This document shows positions 60,368 through 64,000 of a DNA stretch of 64,000 nucleotides, piece by piece. Source of the DNA: an uncultured bacterium (GTDB lineage Bacteria > Patescibacteriota > Minisyncoccia > Phycocordibacterales > Phycocordibacteraceae); the NCBI GenBank assembly GCA_903825105.1, contig CAIJZI010000008.1, forward strand, positions 8,401 through 72,400, written 5' to 3'. Under the pieces are notes generated by a model, which saw nothing but the letters and a program-made list of their open reading frames with translations, was not told where the DNA came from and did not search any database. Every line of letters begins with the position of its first letter. The first letter of the stretch is position 1. The position numbers and the translations under genes are program-made.

Positions 60368-62154
60368 TGAATTTCTTAGGATTTATTGTTGACAAAGGCC
60401 TCATCACCGCAATTGACCGCGCGAAGGTTGAAGCTGAACTAGCGAAAAAGCGCCCTCTTTCTGAAGTGCTTGCTGAGCATGGCGTCTCGCTCGAGAGCGC
60501 GCTCAAACAAGCGGGGGAAGAATACAATATTCCCGTTCGTATTCTCGGAGATCCTCCTGCTGAACAAAATGTGTTTAATTATGTTCCGATTGATTCGGCA
60601 CAGCATTATGGATTCGTTCCGCTTAGTATGAAAGATGGCGCGCTCGAAGTCGGAATGACCGATCCTGATAACATCGAAGCTTTCGATGCACTCCAATTCA
60701 TCTCGGGGAAGATTGGCATACCGTATAAGATTTTTCTCATTACAAAACAAGATTTCGATAGAGTCATTGAGTCGTATAAAAATATTTCTGGCGAAGTTGG
60801 GGAAGCTCTTTCAGAATATGAAAACACATCAAAATCTCCCTCTGCCGCGCACGGTTCTATGCATAAAGAAGCTGCTCCCGAAGAGAATTCAAATCTTAAT
60901 GATGAAGCCATAACGCTTACGGGCGCGCGCGAATCGTTAAAAGAAGACGCACCCGTTACCAAGATTGTTTCGACTATATTGCGCTATGCCATCGAAGGTC
61001 ACTCGTCAGATATTCATATAGAATCTTCCTCGACGAGAACGCGCGTTCGTTTCCGTATGGACGGCGAGCTCCACACTTCACTTGAATTGCCAACGAAGGT
61101 GCATGACGCGGTTGTTGCGCGCGTTAAGATTCTAGCGAAACTTCGTCTCGACGAAAAGCGTAAGCCACAAGACGGTCGATTTTCTGCGACCATAGAAAAG
61201 CGTCGAATCGACTTCCGTGTCTCGACATTCCCAACTGAATATGGCGAAAAGGTGGTGATGCGTATTCTCGATCAGTCGGCGGCGACTGCGACGCTCGAGT
61301 CGATCGGATTTTCCGCAGAACAGCTCGTTGAGATCAGAGACATGATGAAAGTTCCGTACGGGATTATCCTCATCGCTGGGCCAACCGGTTCTGGAAAGTC
61401 GACAACTTTGTTCGGTATGCTTTCTGAAGTTGACCGCGAAACTGAAAATGTGGTGTCGCTTGAAGATCCTATCGAATATGAAATCCCCGGCGTTTCCCAG
61501 AGCCAGGTTCGTCCAGAAATCGGCTACACCTTCGCGAACGGTCTCCGTTCAATCCTGCGTCAAGACCCTGATGTCATTATGGTTGGAGAAATTCGTGATA
61601 ATGAAACTGCGGTGCTCGCGGTGCAGGCTGCGCTTACGGGGCACCTCGTCTTTTCAACGATTCACACCAACACCGCCACAGGCGCGATACCGCGTCTTGT
61701 TGATATGGGCGTTGACCCATTCCTTATTGCACCGACATTGACTGCAGTTATTGGGCAAAGACTCGTAAGAAAGCTTGGAGAAGGGGCGGGGAAGCCGTTC
61801 CCGATTACGGACAGCATCAAAGCTTTTCTCGATAGACAATTTGCGGATCTACCGAAGGAATTTCAGAAAAATTTTCCTCCATTCAATCAGTTTTATCATG
61901 CGACTCCGACAGCAGAATGTCCAAGTGGCACCCGTGGCCGCACGGGAGCTTTTGAAATCCTTAGGATGAACAAAAAAATCGAAGAAGTTATTTTGAAAGA
62001 GCCTGTTGAAGAGAAGATTTATACCGCAGCACGCGCCGGCGGGATGCTCACGATGCGTGAAGACGCGATTATGAAAGCACTCGCAGGCGTCATTTCTTTT
62101 GAAGAAATCAATACGCTTGGAGGAGAGCTCTTTGTAGAAGACGAAAAAGACTAA
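60367..62154 (+). CDS. pilB: Type IV pilus assembly ATPase PilB/GspE
   Basis: SDIHIE, PQDGRF, GPTGSGKSTTL, LRQDPDVIMVGEIRD. Confidence 0.95.
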   Translation: MNFLGFIVDKGLITAIDRAKVEAELAKKRPLSEVLAEHGVSLESALKQAGEEYNIPVRILGDPPAEQNVFNYVPIDSAQHYGFVPLSMKDGALEVGMTDPDNIEAFDALQFISGKIGIPYKIFLITKQDFDRVIESYKNISGEVGEALSEYENTSKSPSAAHGSMHKEAAPEENSNLNDEAITLTGARESLKEDAPVTKIVSTILRYAIEGHSSDIHIESSSTRTRVRFRMDGELHTSLELPTKVHDAVVARVKILAKLRLDEKRKPQDGRFSATIEKRRIDFRVSTFPTEYGEKVVMRILDQSAATATLESIGFSAEQLVEIRDMMKVPYGIILIAGPTGSGKSTTLFGMLSEVDRETENVVSLEDPIEYEIPGVSQSQVRPEIGYTFANGLRSILRQDPDVIMVGEIRDNETAVLAVQAALTGHLVFSTIHTNTATGAIPRLVDMGVDPFLIAPTLTAVIGQRLVRKLGEGAGKPFPITDSIKAFLDRQFADLPKEFQKNFPPFNQFYHATPTAECPSGTRGRTGAFEILRMNKKIEEVILKEPVEEKIYTAARAGGMLTMREDAIMKALAGVISFEEINTLGGELFVEDEKD

Positions 62155-62176
62155 TTATTTATAGTATAATAAAACT

Positions 62177-62578
62177 ATGGCATACCGTATATATTTGATT
62201 GACGATGACAAGTTTCTTCTTGACCTTTATGCTGTTAAGTTTAAAAATGCAGGGCATGAAGTCACTGCCTTCGGTAGTGGTGAAGAGCTTTTGGCTACAC
62301 TGAGAAAGCCTGAGGTCGCTGCTCCAGACGCGATTCTTATAGATCTTATTATGCCGGGGATGGGCGGATTTGGAGCCCTTGAAGCAATACGAAAGGAAAA
62401 TCTAGCGAAGGGAACGAAAATAATCATTCTTTCAAATCAAGGTAAGGATGCGGATATTGAAAAAGCAAAACAATTTGCTGTTGATGGCTATATTATAAAA
62501 GCGTCGGCGATTCCTTCAGAAGTTTTAGCCGAGACATTAAATATTATTCATCCGGACTCAGCTGTGCCAAAAACATAA
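62177..62578 (+). CDS. Single-domain response regulator
   Basis: IDDD, PD.ILID..MPGM.G, SN, YIIKA. Confidence 0.9.
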   Translation: MAYRIYLIDDDKFLLDLYAVKFKNAGHEVTAFGSGEELLATLRKPEVAAPDAILIDLIMPGMGGFGALEAIRKENLAKGTKIIILSNQGKDADIEKAKQFAVDGYIIKASAIPSEVLAETLNIIHPDSAVPKT

Positions 62579-62581
62579 TGT

Positions 62582-63640
62582 ATGGTTATAGATAAACGAC
62601 TCGAAGAACTTCTCGACCTGGTTATCGCTCAAGGCGGTTCGGATTTACATATTTGTGCAGGCGCGTCTCCTATGATCCGCATAGCGGGTACATTGATACC
62701 AATCACAAAATATTCAGCGCTCACGAGTGAAGAAACAGAAACGATGTTTAAAAGCATTGTGCCAGAAGATCGTTGGGATTTGTTTAGAGAACGGCAGAAC
62801 ATTGACCTTTCTTATGCGCATGGGAATTCACGGTTCAGAATAAATGGATTCCGCGTTCAAGGAACAACCGCTTTTGCTCTCCGTCTTGTTCCGCACGCTA
62901 TTAAAACATTTTCTGAACTTAATTTGCCATCCGTTCTTGAAGTCTTTACTCAGCGCAAGCAGGGTTTTTTCCTTGTCGTTGGTCCAGTTGGGCACGGCAA
63001 ATCAACTACGCTTGCCGCAATGATTGACTGTATTAATGATTCTCGTTCAGAACACATTCTCACCATCGAAGACCCTGTAGAATATGTTTTTACTCCAAAA
63101 AAATCGCTCATTCATCAACGCGAAGTTCATATAGATGTGCCCGATTTCCAAACCGCTCTCCAAGGAGCATTCCGAGAAGATGTTGATGTCATTATGGTCG
63201 GTGAGATGCGTGATTATGAGACTATTTCAAATGCAGTTACCGCGGCGGAGACAGGGCATCTGGTATTTTCAACACTGCACACCAACAACGCAGCGCAGAC
63301 GATCGATCGCATTATTGATATGTTCCCTGCGGAGCAACAAGCTCAGGTGCGCGTACAGCTCGCGGGTAGTCTCGCGGGCATCTTTTCGCAGCGCCTCGTT
63401 CCTCGTATTTCTGGCGGACTTATCCCTGCGTGTGAGCTTCTTATAAATAATAATGCGGTATCTACTCTTATCCGCGATGCACGCACGCACGAGATTGATA
63501 CGGTAATACAGACCTCTTCGCAAGAGGGGATGATTGATATGGATCGCTCGCTCGCTGATCTTATGAAGCGCGGGGAAGTGACGATCGAGCACGCGTATGA
63601 ACATGCGGTTAATCCAAAGACATTTGAACGCTACTTATAA
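62582..63640 (+). CDS. pilT: Twitching motility ATPase PilT
   Basis: SDLH, GPVGHGKSTTLA, TIEDPVE, GEMRD, AETGHLV. Confidence 0.95.
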   Translation: MVIDKRLEELLDLVIAQGGSDLHICAGASPMIRIAGTLIPITKYSALTSEETETMFKSIVPEDRWDLFRERQNIDLSYAHGNSRFRINGFRVQGTTAFALRLVPHAIKTFSELNLPSVLEVFTQRKQGFFLVVGPVGHGKSTTLAAMIDCINDSRSEHILTIEDPVEYVFTPKKSLIHQREVHIDVPDFQTALQGAFREDVDVIMVGEMRDYETISNAVTAAETGHLVFSTLHTNNAAQTIDRIIDMFPAEQQAQVRVQLAGSLAGIFSQRLVPRISGGLIPACELLINNNAVSTLIRDARTHEIDTVIQTSSQEGMIDMDRSLADLMKRGEVTIEHAYEHAVNPKTFERYL

Positions 63641-63667
63641 AATGTTTAATTTTTTAAATATTTAAAT

Positions 63668-64000
63668 ATGTTGTTTACTTACCACGCGATTGATCAAGAC
63701 GGACACGAACGAGGCGGAACGATAGAGGCGCTTTCGAAAGATGCTGCGGTCTCCGCACTTCAGCGGCGCAATTTGATTGTGTCGATGATTGAATCGGCAG
63801 AGAAGCACTCAATCCTAGACATGAAGTTACCGTTCACAGGAAAAATAAGAGGGAAAGACATTGTTATTTTTTCCCGCCAAATAGCGACCTTGTTCGAGGC
63901 ACAAGTCTCTGCACTACGCATTTTCAGACTTCTCGCAGCAGAATCTGATAATAAAAATTTCGCAGTAATTCTTTCAGAAATAGGAGATGATATCCAAAGT
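63668..64000 (+). CDS. pilC: Type II secretion F family / PilC (5' partial)
   Basis: MLFTYHAID..G....G.IEA, F.RQ.ATL..A.V; runs off the window end. Confidence 0.85.
   Translation, partial: MLFTYHAIDQDGHERGGTIEALSKDAAVSALQRRNLIVSMIESAEKHSILDMKLPFTGKIRGKDIVIFSRQIATLFEAQVSALRIFRLLAAESDNKNFAVILSEIGDDIQS

Overview
Chromosomal window of a Patescibacteria/CPR bacterium (Parcubacteria-like; genetic code 11). The assignment is inferred from the missing rpmD/L30, the extended S19, a PaaX-like orphan gene and a VirB6-like cluster. Order: pcrA/uvrD, rsmA, a secreted/membrane cluster with VirB5-like and large VirB6-like genes, the str-S10-spc ribosomal protein cluster through secY-adk-map-ndk, a 6S RNA, a beta-CASP nuclease, a PaaX-like gene, infC-rpmI-rplT, an ECF sigma cluster, nth, an OGG-like glycosylase, rnj, a peptide SBP, secG, groES-groEL, a GH18 hydrolase, an SPFH lipoprotein, ppa, a Schlafen/AlbA_2 gene beside tRNA-Ser(GCT), comF and a type IV pilus operon (pilMNO-pilB-RR-pilT-pilC, truncated). 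No CRISPR array, transposase or integrase was found. Most notable observations: (1) an antitoxin-less MazF/PemK toxin faces a convergent consensus sigma70 promoter that would make a ~50-nt two-hairpin RNA, a candidate RNA-antitoxin system; (2) nine self-contained one-gene cassettes (promoter, strong Shine-Dalgarno, terminator) sit in a genome whose native genes are leaderless or SD-less, and two of them are in tandem, delimited by co-varying bulged hairpins; (3) several families of short palindromic or heptamer repeats are inserted in-frame in housekeeping genes. All calls come from reading the sequence; no searches were run.
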